Below, one piece after another: positions 41,612-50,479 of a DNA stretch of 64,000 bases; position 1 is the stretch's first letter; the number at the start of each line of letters is the position of its first letter. Under the pieces are notes generated by a model. The model searched no databases and was not told the DNA's origin. It was given only the letters and a program-made list of their open reading frames with translations. Made by a program: the position numbers and the translations under genes. This DNA is from Desulfosporosinus sp. (GTDB lineage: Bacteria; Bacillota; Desulfitobacteriia; Desulfitobacteriales; Desulfitobacteriaceae). The stretch covers positions 37,369-101,368 of the forward strand of contig JARLHV010000050.1 of the NCBI GenBank assembly GCA_031292055.1. The letters are read 5' to 3'.

Positions 41612-42382
41612 TCATAATGATCCTCTTACGCCACACCACGCTGGCGTCTTGTCGTACATCGTCGCTATTTTTAATGGCATACACGATAACAAATATTTAC
41701 CCCACATGCGCTTAGTTTCAATCCTGAAGGGATATCCCATGACCTCAATATTTCCATCAACCTTACGAGGATTAGAGAAATAACTAACTAAGAATTCCCT
41801 AAAAGTCTCGCGGTCAAGCCTTATACTAGACGCATGATATTCCCAATCAATTCGCCCTAACGAAGGATCAACCATAACCCAAAGTCCAGGTATAATATCA
41901 GTCTCTGCTAATCTTCGCGCAGCAGCCTCCAGACTCACATCACAATACTTTGCGAGTTTATTCACCAAGAATACCAAACTATCCGAATACTTCCTCACAA
42001 AGTCTGATACAATCCACGTCGGCATTAATAAAGCCGCAGCAAAACTATCTGCCTCCTGCTTTTCGCGCTCCGACTCACCCACGCCAGGTTGCTGAATACC
42101 ACCTCTATGATCAAGAAGCACATGGCCGAATTCGTGAGCCACACCAAACCGTTGCACAGATACTGGTAAAAGAGAGTTGACATAAATCAGCGCTATTTCT
42201 TGAGCCACCATAAGTCTAGCTATTAAACCATCTGGCAAAGGGCGTCTATGGAGATGAATTTCAACATCAAGCTTCTTTTCTATGGCGTAGGCTATATGGT
42301 CTAGGGATAATGGAAATTTCTCTCTGACAAGATAACGTTCCACGAATGCTTGAGCGACTAAGTCCTCTCTTTCTCCCATCAC
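41612..42382 (-). CDS. ImmA/IrrE-family metalloprotease
   Basis: QRFGVAHEFGH (HExxH), EKQEADSFAAALLMP, VSLEAAARR. Confidence 0.9.
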   Translation of the reverse strand: MMGEREDLVAQAFVERYLVREKFPLSLDHIAYAIEKKLDVEIHLHRRPLPDGLIARLMVAQEIALIYVNSLLPVSVQRFGVAHEFGHVLLDHRGGIQQPGVGESEREKQEADSFAAALLMPTWIVSDFVRKYSDSLVFLVNKLAKYCDVSLEAAARRLAETDIIPGLWVMVDPSLGRIDWEYHASSIRLDRETFREFLVSYFSNPRKVDGNIEVMGYPFRIETKRMWGKYLLSCMPLKIATMYDKTPAWCGVRGSL

Positions 42383-42502
42383 CGCACCCCTCCAATTGTC
42401 GAAACATTACAATAATTGATGATATATGTCGAATGCATATTAAAACAAGACAACTACCCTAACCAGGGTAGTTGTTTATCTATAATATGTATATTTGGAG
42501 GA

Positions 42503-42913
42503 TCATTTTTTCTCTTGATTACCTTTCTGGCGTTCCCAACGTTCACGTTCAAGCTTGTATAGATGTTCAATCTGATCTTTAATGAGATTTTGGCTCTCTT
42601 CGGATAGATCTCTGGCTTTATAGAAAATGAGAAGTTCATCTTCGGGGGTGGGGCGAAATTCGTTTGTATTATCAGATGTAAGGGACTTGGGGTTAGTTGT
42701 TCGGCCAAGCAGATAATCAGTAGTAGTATTATAAAAATCTGCAATTTTAGAGAGCTTTTCAGCATCAGGAGTTCTTTTTCCAGACTCATATTGAGATATT
42801 GCTGCTCTGTCAAGATTAAGAAATCCAGCTAAATCTTCTTGATTTTTTCCAACACTTAATCGCAAATTCTTCATTCGTCTGGCTAAAATATTATCCAAAT
42901 TAATCACTCCCAC
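42503..42913 (-). CDS. XRE-family repressor (ImmR/CI-like)
   Basis: QEDLAGFLNLDRAAISQYESGKRTPD...TTDYLLGRT. Confidence 0.92.
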   Translation of the reverse strand: MGVINLDNILARRMKNLRLSVGKNQEDLAGFLNLDRAAISQYESGKRTPDAEKLSKIADFYNTTTDYLLGRTTNPKSLTSDNTNEFRPTPEDELLIFYKARDLSEESQNLIKDQIEHLYKLERERWERQKGNQEKK

Positions 42914-43054
42914 GATTTAGCATATCACAAATTGTTAACAAGAAGAATAACCTGAAATGGTAGTAACAAAATGTTATGAATGGCATTGACACGTAACGAC
43001 ATGTTAGGTATAATCTTAGTAACGTATTGTTAACAAAACGCAAAGGAGGGTAAC

Positions 43055-43288
43055 ATGATAGAGAAATTAAGAGAAAGACTAGGTATTACTAAGGCTGAGA
43101 TGATTAGCCGACTGGGTATAACACGTAATTACTATTCGATGATTGCAAACGGTGAACGCCCGATATCAATGAAACTTGGAATTAAAATTAGGGATGAATT
43201 TGGAATTTCGCTTGACATAATATTTTTTCCGAGCATGTTAACAATATGTTACTATCCAAGCAAAAAGCAATCTGATTTCTTAATTTAG
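43055..43288 (+). CDS. Cro-like HTH regulator
   Basis: LGITRNYYSMIANGERPIS; divergent from the repressor. Confidence 0.8.
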   Translation: MIEKLRERLGITKAEMISRLGITRNYYSMIANGERPISMKLGIKIRDEFGISLDIIFFPSMLTICYYPSKKQSDFLI

Positions 43289-43312
43289 ATGAAATGATTG
43301 AGGGGGATGAAT

Positions 43313-43660
43313 ATGAACCAAGCGGCTAAGGCAATTAGCGATCCAAAGATGATTGCAAAGAATATTTCTAACTGGGATGAGTTGCCGTTGTTTCTGACGG
43401 TTGAGCAAACAGCTCAACTTATGCAATGCGGAACTGCCCATATTTACAACTTAGCCAGAACCAAGGATTTTCCTGCCAGGCGCATGACCAAAACCATCGT
43501 TATATCAAGGGATGGTTTGCGTCAATGGGCCGAAGGTGATGAAAAGTGGAAGCAAAGTATTACAATCTGGCAGTGGCAAAATATCCTTCAGCAAATGCAA
43601 AGGATGGGTGAGGTTTTGGAAAGGATTGAAAAAGGCCGTAATTTATATACCGGAACGTAG
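43313..43660 (+). CDS. Excisionase-like helix-turn-helix protein
   Basis: LPLFLTVEQTAQLMQCGTAHIYNLARTKDFPARRM...ISRDGLRQW (HTH_17/AlpA-like). Confidence 0.75.
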   Translation: MNQAAKAISDPKMIAKNISNWDELPLFLTVEQTAQLMQCGTAHIYNLARTKDFPARRMTKTIVISRDGLRQWAEGDEKWKQSITIWQWQNILQQMQRMGEVLERIEKGRNLYTGT

Positions 43661-43677
43661 AAACGGAGGGGATATCA

Positions 43678-43827
43678 ATGAATCAAATCAGATGTCCCTA
43701 CTGCGGTAGAAAACTAGCTGAATTCAACCTACATGGAAAGCTACTATTTAAAACTAAATGCCAAAAGTGCGGGAAAATCGTAAATATCATGTTGGAATAC
43801 GGTAATAAGGGGGAGAAGCCCAGTTAA
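43678..43827 (+). CDS. Com-family zinc-ribbon protein, 49 aa (absent from ORF track)
   Basis: RBS GGAGGG; MNQIRCPYCGRKLAEFNLHGKLLFKTKCQKCGKIVNI..., two CxxC pairs. Confidence 0.7.
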   Translation: MNQIRCPYCGRKLAEFNLHGKLLFKTKCQKCGKIVNIMLEYGNKGEKPS

Positions 43828-44005
43828 TTACGATTAGTTTTAAATAAAACATTAATTATGCTATTAGGTTAGCCATATTCTACCACCCGATTTGAGTTTT
43901 AACCATGAGACAAACACACTAAGAAGTATTTATCCCTGACATTGCGTCCTGAAAGAGTCCCTTATCATTCTGAAAATTAATTAATTTTAGTGGAGTTGAA
44001 GCAAA

Positions 44006-44218
44006 TTGAAATACAACTTCAACGTAGAAATTAACGGTTATAAGCTGGGCGTTGCCGTTGATAAGCCAAGTTACTGGGGGATATACAAAATGGCACTGAA
44101 GCCATTTAGTGTTGAAACTATTAATGCGAGAGAGGCTCTATCTCACGCATATTATGCCTTAACTCATAGCGGGCGGATTCAGAGTCAATTCCTTAAGGGC
44201 AAATCTGTAAGGTTGTAA
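44006..44218 (+). CDS. Hypothetical protein
   Basis: 70-aa ORF, TTG start after GGAG, co-oriented with the early operon. Confidence 0.4.
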   Translation: MKYNFNVEINGYKLGVAVDKPSYWGIYKMALKPFSVETINAREALSHAYYALTHSGRIQSQFLKGKSVRL

Positions 44219-44241
44219 GGAAAGAAAGGGGGTCAAGAGCT

Positions 44242-45144
44242 ATGTCCATAGACATAAAAGACGCCGTGACACAATTAGAGGAAATGTTCTGCAAAATCAA
44301 TACTCAAGTATTCGGAGATAGAGCAAGGGCCAAATGGCCCGTGATCATTAACCGTTGTTTTCATCGTCAGTCTGTAAGCTATGAATACCAATATCCAGAG
44401 GCATTCTTCACGAATCTTCAATTTCAGCTAAGAATCCTTTTCCCCTACGAACTGATAAAGTCAAAATCGAATCGTCTTATCTTAGTAAAGCTGATCATCG
44501 ACAAGCGTATAAGTGGTGAGATTGATACATTTACGTACCATTTCGGAATGTTCTTAATCAATAGAAATTTACACCACAGAGAGAAGGAGGATTTCTCTGA
44601 ATCGTCCATCGGTAAAAAGAGGGCTGAGTTTGTTCAGACGCTGCCAATTTCCTACTTTTTAAGCGAGGATGATTTTATTTCAGCGATATGGTCTCAACTG
44701 ATTGAATATCGGGGGACGGAAACTAGAGAGTACCAACGAAATCCGTTTCTGAAAAATGTCCGGATTCTATTTAGCAATGAACAGTATGCTTCCGTGACAG
44801 GCGTTAGTTATTTCAGCGATGTTACTTGGGTGGAACCCATTTCAGGGAAACTCGATTTGGAATGCCGTAAATGGTCTGAAGAAAACGACCCAATGGCCCC
44901 GATTAGGATTCCAGAAGGATGGGTTCAAGGTGCTATTGTTTTGAAAAATGAAAGTTCGGGCCTGCGTCATTATGTAGAAAGTGTTCCTGTCCATGCCGGA
45001 AGCGCCATGCAGGTGAAATTCGGGAACGGATGGATTGATGGCCGGTATGAGTGGAGCTTTGATGGTAAAAATAAGATCCAGGTTCATTGTAATGATGATG
45101 TCGTTTATATTTCTGAAGGCCACCAAGTGAGAGTCAGAGGGTAG
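44242..45144 (+). CDS. Hypothetical protein with probable C-terminal DUF5348-like domain
   Basis: RBS AAGGGGG; C-terminal LRHYVESVPVHAGSAMQV...WIDGRYEW pattern. Confidence 0.55.
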   Translation: MSIDIKDAVTQLEEMFCKINTQVFGDRARAKWPVIINRCFHRQSVSYEYQYPEAFFTNLQFQLRILFPYELIKSKSNRLILVKLIIDKRISGEIDTFTYHFGMFLINRNLHHREKEDFSESSIGKKRAEFVQTLPISYFLSEDDFISAIWSQLIEYRGTETREYQRNPFLKNVRILFSNEQYASVTGVSYFSDVTWVEPISGKLDLECRKWSEENDPMAPIRIPEGWVQGAIVLKNESSGLRHYVESVPVHAGSAMQVKFGNGWIDGRYEWSFDGKNKIQVHCNDDVVYISEGHQVRVRG

Positions 45145-45171
45145 GAGTAGTAATTATTGGAGGGGTATTAA

Positions 45172-45849
45172 TTGTCTTCAAATGAAAAAATTCTTGAGAA
45201 GCTCCGTAAAATCCTAGCTAAGGCCAATAACAATCCATCGGCTGAAGAAGCTGAAACAGCTATGCTGATCGCCCAAAGAATTATGGTTGAGAACAATTTA
45301 TGTATAGATGATGTCAATCTTACTGAAGGAGACAAAATTAAGAAGGAGGCTGTAGAAGTCACCGTGTCCGATAAGATGCGTCTGGCATGGTGGGAAAGCG
45401 ATATAACAAGCATAATCGCAAAGAATTTTCGGTGTAAGTCATTTACAAGACGTTTCGCTAACCAAAAAAATATCCGTTTATGTCTTATGGGGTTAAAAGA
45501 GGATGTCGAGATTGCCAAGGAAACTATATCTTATGCTCTGAAGGCTATGAGTTATTATTCTTCACAATTTGTAAAAGCGAATAAAGGCTCAGAATTCACA
45601 ACAACGCAAATTAGGAATAGTTGGTTGAATGGGTTCATTCGAGGCCTTGGGGCTAAATTTGATAAACAAGTGAAGCAGAACAATTGGGGCCTTGTACTGG
45701 TAAAAGACAAAGTTGTTGAAGATGCAATTGAAAAGTTAGGTCTTAAAAAGAGAAGAAGTACATCTATTACCGGCGGCATAAGCTCGGCTTATCAATCTGG
45801 ATATCGTCAGGGTCAATCCTTCGAGAGTAGATCTGGTGTTATTCGTTAA
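45172..45849 (+). CDS. DUF2786-domain protein
   Basis: KILEKLRKILAKANNNPSAEEAETAMLIAQRIMVENNL; SWLNGFIRGL. Confidence 0.8.
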   Translation: MSSNEKILEKLRKILAKANNNPSAEEAETAMLIAQRIMVENNLCIDDVNLTEGDKIKKEAVEVTVSDKMRLAWWESDITSIIAKNFRCKSFTRRFANQKNIRLCLMGLKEDVEIAKETISYALKAMSYYSSQFVKANKGSEFTTTQIRNSWLNGFIRGLGAKFDKQVKQNNWGLVLVKDKVVEDAIEKLGLKKRRSTSITGGISSAYQSGYRQGQSFESRSGVIR

Positions 45850-46031
45850 AGGGGGTGGAGAGGTGCTGATATTTAAAAAGAAAAAGCCCACACTGGCGGC
45901 AACCAGAGTGAGCGAACTGGAACGAAAGCTTTATAATTTCAATTCTCATTCTAAACGAAATTCCAGGTGTACACAAGTGCTTGATAAAATTTGTGGATTT
46001 CATCCAAGCAACGAATATCGCAAGAAGCGTT

Positions 46032-46634
46032 CTAGGATTTGGCGTGCAAGGTCGTTAAGATCTCGTTGTGGCGGTTAATCATCTTGATAATGTGATTCCG
46101 GTCAACCAACTCTACTCGGTTTGCTCGGGCAGCTTCCTGGGCACCAGGCGTATAGTAGTTATTCGCGAAAACCATCATCAGAGTGAGTCCATAAATTGCT
46201 TTTGACGCAACGATGTTTTGAACAGCTTTATTGTTTACCTTGCTAGCATATCGTTTGCACTGGATACCCAGTCGATGGCCGTCGCGATAGTGAATGATAA
46301 GATCACAGCCTTGATCGCCCGTGGGGGGTGTGAACTCAGTTTTGCTGATCTTATCTTTCTCTAAGACCCTGAACAGCTTTTCAACGAATAACTCAAACTC
46401 TTGGCCGGTCATTCTGTCAACCTTAGTGATGCTGTAGGTGCCATATACCTTATCAAGTTTCTTCAAATGCTTTTCATGAATTTTTCGGGATGTCTTTTTG
46501 GACTTTTTACTTTTTTTGATAAGGTTCCGGAAGAACTTTTTAGTAAAACCTGATATTAAACCCAAGGCAATAGCTCCGAAAATTAAATAGTAAAACTCTT
46601 TTGGGGTTCTGGTAACCAAGTCGGTAAAGCTCAT
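46032..46634 (-). CDS. Mrr-like restriction endonuclease with N-terminal membrane anchor
   Basis: GQEFELFV, GDQGCDLII, GIQCKRY (D...QxK), YTPGAQEAA; one N-terminal hydrophobic helix. Confidence 0.85.
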   Translation of the reverse strand: MSFTDLVTRTPKEFYYLIFGAIALGLISGFTKKFFRNLIKKSKKSKKTSRKIHEKHLKKLDKVYGTYSITKVDRMTGQEFELFVEKLFRVLEKDKISKTEFTPPTGDQGCDLIIHYRDGHRLGIQCKRYASKVNNKAVQNIVASKAIYGLTLMMVFANNYYTPGAQEAARANRVELVDRNHIIKMINRHNEILTTLHAKS

Positions 46635-47012
46635 GGCATCAGTCCTTTAATAATTTGAACAAGAAGAATGTTTCAGTGGCAATTTTAGCACAGTTAACAC
46701 CTAGGAAAATTTTAATCCCCTTGCGCCAGTCTGGGCAAAAAACGATGTTTATTAGTATAGTTACCTATCTGTCCTATCCTCAATGGTTGATCGAGATCCG
46801 AAGTTCTGTCATTTACTTTATTTTGTCAACTTGGATGAATCCACCATTAATTTTTCGCCTTAAAGCGCGCTTTTTCCTCCTGTCCTGCAAGAAAAAAATG
46901 CTCAACTTGGCTGCTCTTTAAACTCTCGAATTTAGATAAGTTAAACGGTAGAAAGTTAAAATTGCTTTGGAGGTAATAAATTAAGGTTTATGAAGTAAGA
47001 GGGAGGAGTTGC

Positions 47013-47225
47013 ATGGATATTATCAATGTTGCTTGTGTCGTTTACGGCATTTATGTCGCATGTGACGCCGATCTTCGTCTAAAGAACTTTCGGGTAAAAG
47101 AGCTCAGTAAGGAATGGACCTTAGAGGATGCTGTCAATAAATACTGTGAATGGGAGTATCATCGAGGTTTGGTATTTGGTTGGAGCACGGTTATATATAT
47201 GACTACTAAACCTAGCCGATCATAG
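47013..47225 (+). CDS. Hypothetical protein
   Basis: RBS GGGAGGAG; 70 aa; no recognised motif. Confidence 0.4.
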   Translation: MDIINVACVVYGIYVACDADLRLKNFRVKELSKEWTLEDAVNKYCEWEYHRGLVFGWSTVIYMTTKPSRS

Positions 47226-47383
47226 CATTCAATACAAGGGGATGATGACGACAATTTTGACGACAACGACGATAAAAAAAGCATCAAAAAGACAAAAGAT
47301 TGATCTTATTTAAATCTCTAGAACCTGCACCACACAGGACTTCCTGCTCTTAGCTACTATCAAGGTGAAACATAGGAATCGAA

Positions 47384-47430
47384 TTCCCAAGCCGAGGATC
47401 GCGAGTTCGAATTTCGTCGTCCGCTCCATA
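47384..47430 (+). repeat. att copy 3 (tRNA-Gly 3' half, 47 bp, one mismatch)
   Basis: Matches 19321-19367 except C>T at 47413; starts exactly at the anticodon loop TTCCCAA. Confidence 0.93.
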
Positions 47431-47578
47431 AGTAATTTAAGCCAATAATGGCTTTAACGTAGGCTTTGAGGTATATTTGCGATTTATTCGTAGGTATACC
47501 TCTTTTGTTTATTCCTACGTAAGCCGTGGGTTTCACTCAGAGTAACGGCTACTGCCTAAATTTAAAAAAAGGTGGTAA

Positions 47579-47734
47579 AATCATGATAAATCCAACTATG
47601 CGGGGTTTCGTGACTACAGTTTGATGATAATGATATTTGGCAATGGCATACGAATTAACGAGGCAGTAAATCTAAAGTTGGATGATGTAGATTTAAAACG
47701 GAAAGTGATAACTAATTTACATTTTGCGGTTTAA
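47579..47734 (+). pseudogene. Tyrosine integrase remnant
   Basis: KSNYAGFRDYSLMIMIFGNGIRINEAVNLKLDDVDLKRKVI = box I region; no start codon, rest of gene absent. Confidence 0.75.
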
Positions 47735-47840
47735 GTCAAACTTACCCATACTCTTGACAACTGTACTACTATGTGTCACTATATACTAGTAATGAGTAAT
47801 ACTGCATACTAATTGTACGCAATAGCAAGGAGGGGTTACG

Positions 47841-48167
47841 CTGGAAAATCTAACGGAAATGCTGAAGGGTGTGCTGGAAGGCTGTGTTCTTGAAATAATC
47901 AGTCACGAGGAAATCTACGGTTACGAGATCACGCGGCGGCTTAACGCCCTCGGTTTCAAAGATGTTGTGGAAGGAACGGTGTACACTATCCTGATCCGGC
48001 TTGAAAAAAGCAAGCTGGTAGAGATCACCAAAAAGCCCTCCGATATGGGGCCGCCGCGAAAGTTTTTCGCACTCAACGACGCGGGGCGTGAGGAGCTGCG
48101 AAGGTTCTGGGAAAAATGGGAGTTCGTATCATCAAAAATTAACGAGTTAAAGGAGAAAAAACAATGA
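47841..48167 (+). CDS. PadR-family transcriptional regulator (probable CTG start)
   Basis: (M)ENLTEMLKGVLEGCVLEII...YGYEI...GTVYTILIRLE...GPPRKFFAL; RBS AAGGAGG before CTG at 47841. Confidence 0.88.
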   Translation: MENLTEMLKGVLEGCVLEIISHEEIYGYEITRRLNALGFKDVVEGTVYTILIRLEKSKLVEITKKPSDMGPPRKFFALNDAGREELRRFWEKWEFVSSKINELKEKKQ

Positions 48168-48511
48168 ATTTCTGGGAATTAATCACAGGCAGCGACATGA
48201 CCAAAGAATTGAAAACTTTTGAATTGCGAGCCAAAGAACTGCCAGCTGATTATCAAGCGGCATGGGGGAAAATTAATGCCCATCTTTGGCCGCACTCAGA
48301 TTTCACCGGTCGCAACCTCATGCCAATTCTTGACGGTGTGCTTGGCCTGCTCGAAGAAACGGCAGCGGACGGTCAGAGTGTCCAAGAGGTTTTGGGTGAC
48401 GATATCAAAGGATTTTGTTCAGCGTTGGCCGGCGAAGAAGGGGCAAAGTCTTATCGCGACAAGTGGCGCAAGCAACTCAATAATAATATCGCAAAAAAAT
48501 TAGGTAAATAG
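48164..48511 (+). CDS. DUF1048-family protein
   Basis: RAKELPADYQAAW...LGLLEETAADGQSVQEVLGDDIKGFC. Confidence 0.8.
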   Translation: MNFWELITGSDMTKELKTFELRAKELPADYQAAWGKINAHLWPHSDFTGRNLMPILDGVLGLLEETAADGQSVQEVLGDDIKGFCSALAGEEGAKSYRDKWRKQLNNNIAKKLGK

Positions 48512-48520
48512 GAGGATAAA

Positions 48521-48883
48521 ATGAACATACAAGATATCATCGAAGGCAAAAAAAAGTGGCGAGAAGAGTGGCGAACGCATATGGCGCGTGTCAAAGCGCT
48601 CCCGCAGGATTATCAGATTGTTTATAAAGAGATTCAAAGATATCTCTTTAAGGTCGGCCCTGTTGAGCTAACCGGCGGGACGGGTTTGCTCGCTGGGATT
48701 ATCGATTTTTTTGAAGAGGGCGCGGCCTTGGGGAAAGGCGTGCTCGAAGTAACGGGCAGTGACGTAGCGGCTTTCTGCGACGATCTAATCAAAGATTCAA
48801 AAACTTACGCTGACATCTATCAAGAATCTGTTGGACAAGAAGTTAGCAAAGCTATGAAAAAGGTTACGGATAAAACAAAGTAA
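48521..48883 (+). CDS. DUF1048-family protein
   Basis: ARVKALPQDYQIVYKEIQRYLF...FEEGAALGKGVLEVTGSDVAAFCDDL. Confidence 0.85.
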   Translation: MNIQDIIEGKKKWREEWRTHMARVKALPQDYQIVYKEIQRYLFKVGPVELTGGTGLLAGIIDFFEEGAALGKGVLEVTGSDVAAFCDDLIKDSKTYADIYQESVGQEVSKAMKKVTDKTK

Positions 48884-48898
48884 AAGGGGAATATCGGG

Positions 48899-49093
48899 AT
48901 GGAAAAAGCAATTGAAGTGAAAGGTCTGCTAAAGTCTTTCGAGGACACAGAAGTCCTAAAGGGCGTTGATTTTGAAGTGAAGCAAGGTGAGATTTTTGCC
49001 CTACTCGGCTCTAACGGTGCGGGTAAAACCACGATTGTCAAAATACTTACCACACTGTTGAAACCAGAATCAATATATAAACATAGTACATAA
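48899..49093 (+). pseudogene. Truncated ABC transporter ATP-binding protein
   Basis: Walker A GSNGAGKTT, then the ORF ends after 64 aa; no signature, Walker B or permease gene follows. Confidence 0.85.
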
Positions 49094-49311
49094 AAGTCAC
49101 CTCATGGATAGATTCTTCACTTCGTTCAGAATGACAAGCGAGAAAACTAAGTCCTTACATTTACTTCGCAGTTTTAGACTAATACGTAGTAATTGTTAGA
49201 AATATTATACCATTGAAGCCATTTTGTGTTGTTGTTAGGGTAGCTGGAGCGTCTTAGACTAAAAGTAGCGAGAAAAAAACTAAAAAAAGTATTGAAAATC
49301 TATTCAATATA

Positions 49312-49333
49312 TACTAATATAATTATATTAGTA
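49312..49333. promoter_or_regulatory. Perfect 22-bp palindrome, probable ArsR operator
   Basis: TACTAATATAATTATATTAGTA contains a TATAAT and lies 32 bp before the arsR start. Confidence 0.65.
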
Positions 49334-49365
49334 ATTGATAATAAAATAAACAGGAGGCTAAATGT

Positions 49366-49692
49366 TTGAGGTCAGACCTACAAATTGAGACAATGGCTGA
49401 AGAATTTAAGGTCTTAGGAGATAAAACGCGGTTGCGAATTTTATCATTACTACAGGGGCGAGAGTTATGTGTCTGTGAATTGACAGAAGTACTGGGCATA
49501 AGCCAGCCCGGGGTGTCTCAACATATGAGGCGTCTTCGTCAAATCGGATTTGTGAACGAACATCACGGAGGACAATGGGTTTATTATTCACTGAATGTAG
49601 GAAATCCACTGCTCGATTTGATTAATCCTATGTTTCTAAAGGTCGAGGAAGACGAAGAACGGCTTAACCTTGCTAAAGGCTGCTCCATTTAA
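49366..49692 (+). CDS. arsR: ArsR/SmtB-family repressor
   Basis: [13 protein letters not shown]...[25 protein letters not shown]; CxC metal-sensing motif; RBS CAGGAGG. Confidence 0.85.
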   Translation: MRSDLQIETMAEEFKVLGDKTRLRILSLLQGRELCVCELTEVLGISQPGVSQHMRRLRQIGFVNEHHGGQWVYYSLNVGNPLLDLINPMFLKVEEDEERLNLAKGCSI

Positions 49693-49839
49693 AAGAGTTA
49701 AAACCTCTAAGGGTTTATATTACAAGAGGATATCTCTTAAAAAATTTAAACAGCATGGTGATACGCCAAGTTCCCTTTGGAAAACTCAAACTAGAACATC
49801 TCGTAGAGGAGTATGTTTACAACATAAAAATGGGCGAAA

Positions 49840-50050
49840 CGGAATTATTTTCATCGTTAATGTGCTGATGGAAAAAGGAATGGCTTTGGGAACAGTACTG
49901 GCCTTCATGATGGCCGTAACTGCCTTAAGCCTGCCGGAAATGATTATTCTGCGCAAAGTGTTAAAACCTAAACTGCTTGGAATTTTCATAGGGATCATGA
50001 CGGTGGCGATTATTTTCGTAGGGTATTTGTTTAATTGGATCTTTGCTTAG
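49840..50050 (+). pseudogene. 3' remnant of an ArsP/DUF318-type permease
   Basis: Only the C-terminus remains: [39 protein letters not shown]; the upstream part of ORF 49670-50050 is unrelated hydrophilic sequence. Confidence 0.75.
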
Positions 50051-50194
50051 ATTGTCGTCGTTCATTGCGTTCTTGTATTCGCCCTGTATATTCTTTTATT
50101 ACTCAGCTTATGTACAGATTCAAGGGATAGCTATGGTCAGCAAATTGAGGGTCCCTAAGCGCTGATCGAGGAAGATAATTAAGGAGGAAGAGAA

Positions 50195-50434
50195 ATGGAT
50201 ATTAAAGTGTTAGGTACTGGATGTAAAAAATGCATTTCACTCTATAGTTTAGTTAATGAAGTAATCACTGAACTAGGTATTCAAGCCAATGTTGAAAAGG
50301 TGGAAGACATTGCTAAGATCGTTCAGTTTGGAGTAATGCTTACCCCCGCTCTGGTGATTAACGGAAAGGTAAAAATATCTGGAAAAGTGCCAAGCAAATC
50401 TGATGCAAAGAAATATATTCAAGAAGAAATGTAA
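50195..50434 (+). CDS. Small redox-active disulfide protein (thioredoxin-like)
   Basis: IKVLGTGCKKC...VMLTPALVING. Confidence 0.9.
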   Translation: MDIKVLGTGCKKCISLYSLVNEVITELGIQANVEKVEDIAKIVQFGVMLTPALVINGKVKISGKVPSKSDAKKYIQEEM

Positions 50435-50479
50435 TATGGCCATTCCTAATTTGTAATGTGGAAAGGAGGTGAAAATTCT

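Larger units (their letters stand above)
34734..47430. mobile_element. Integrative element 2 (~12.6 kb), phage-satellite/IME-like
   Basis: Bounded by att copies 2 and 3; integrase at the att2 end; ImmA-ImmR/Cro-Xis module; matching TTTGACGACAA repeats at both ends; no capsid, terminase or T4SS genes seen. Confidence 0.88.

Noticed and set aside
42454-42813. 119-aa ORF overlapping the repressor in another frame, and the many antisense ORFs inside core genes
   Set aside because: They lie within well-supported genes, lack an RBS and motifs, and are shadow ORFs.
45836-46078. 80-aa ORF after DUF2786
   Set aside because: Overlaps both neighbours, including the convergent Mrr gene, and has no motif; cannot be supported.
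19318-47430. Complete prophage or conjugative ICE
   Set aside because: No terminase, portal, capsid, tail, lysis, VirB4, coupling-protein or recognisable relaxase genes in either element.
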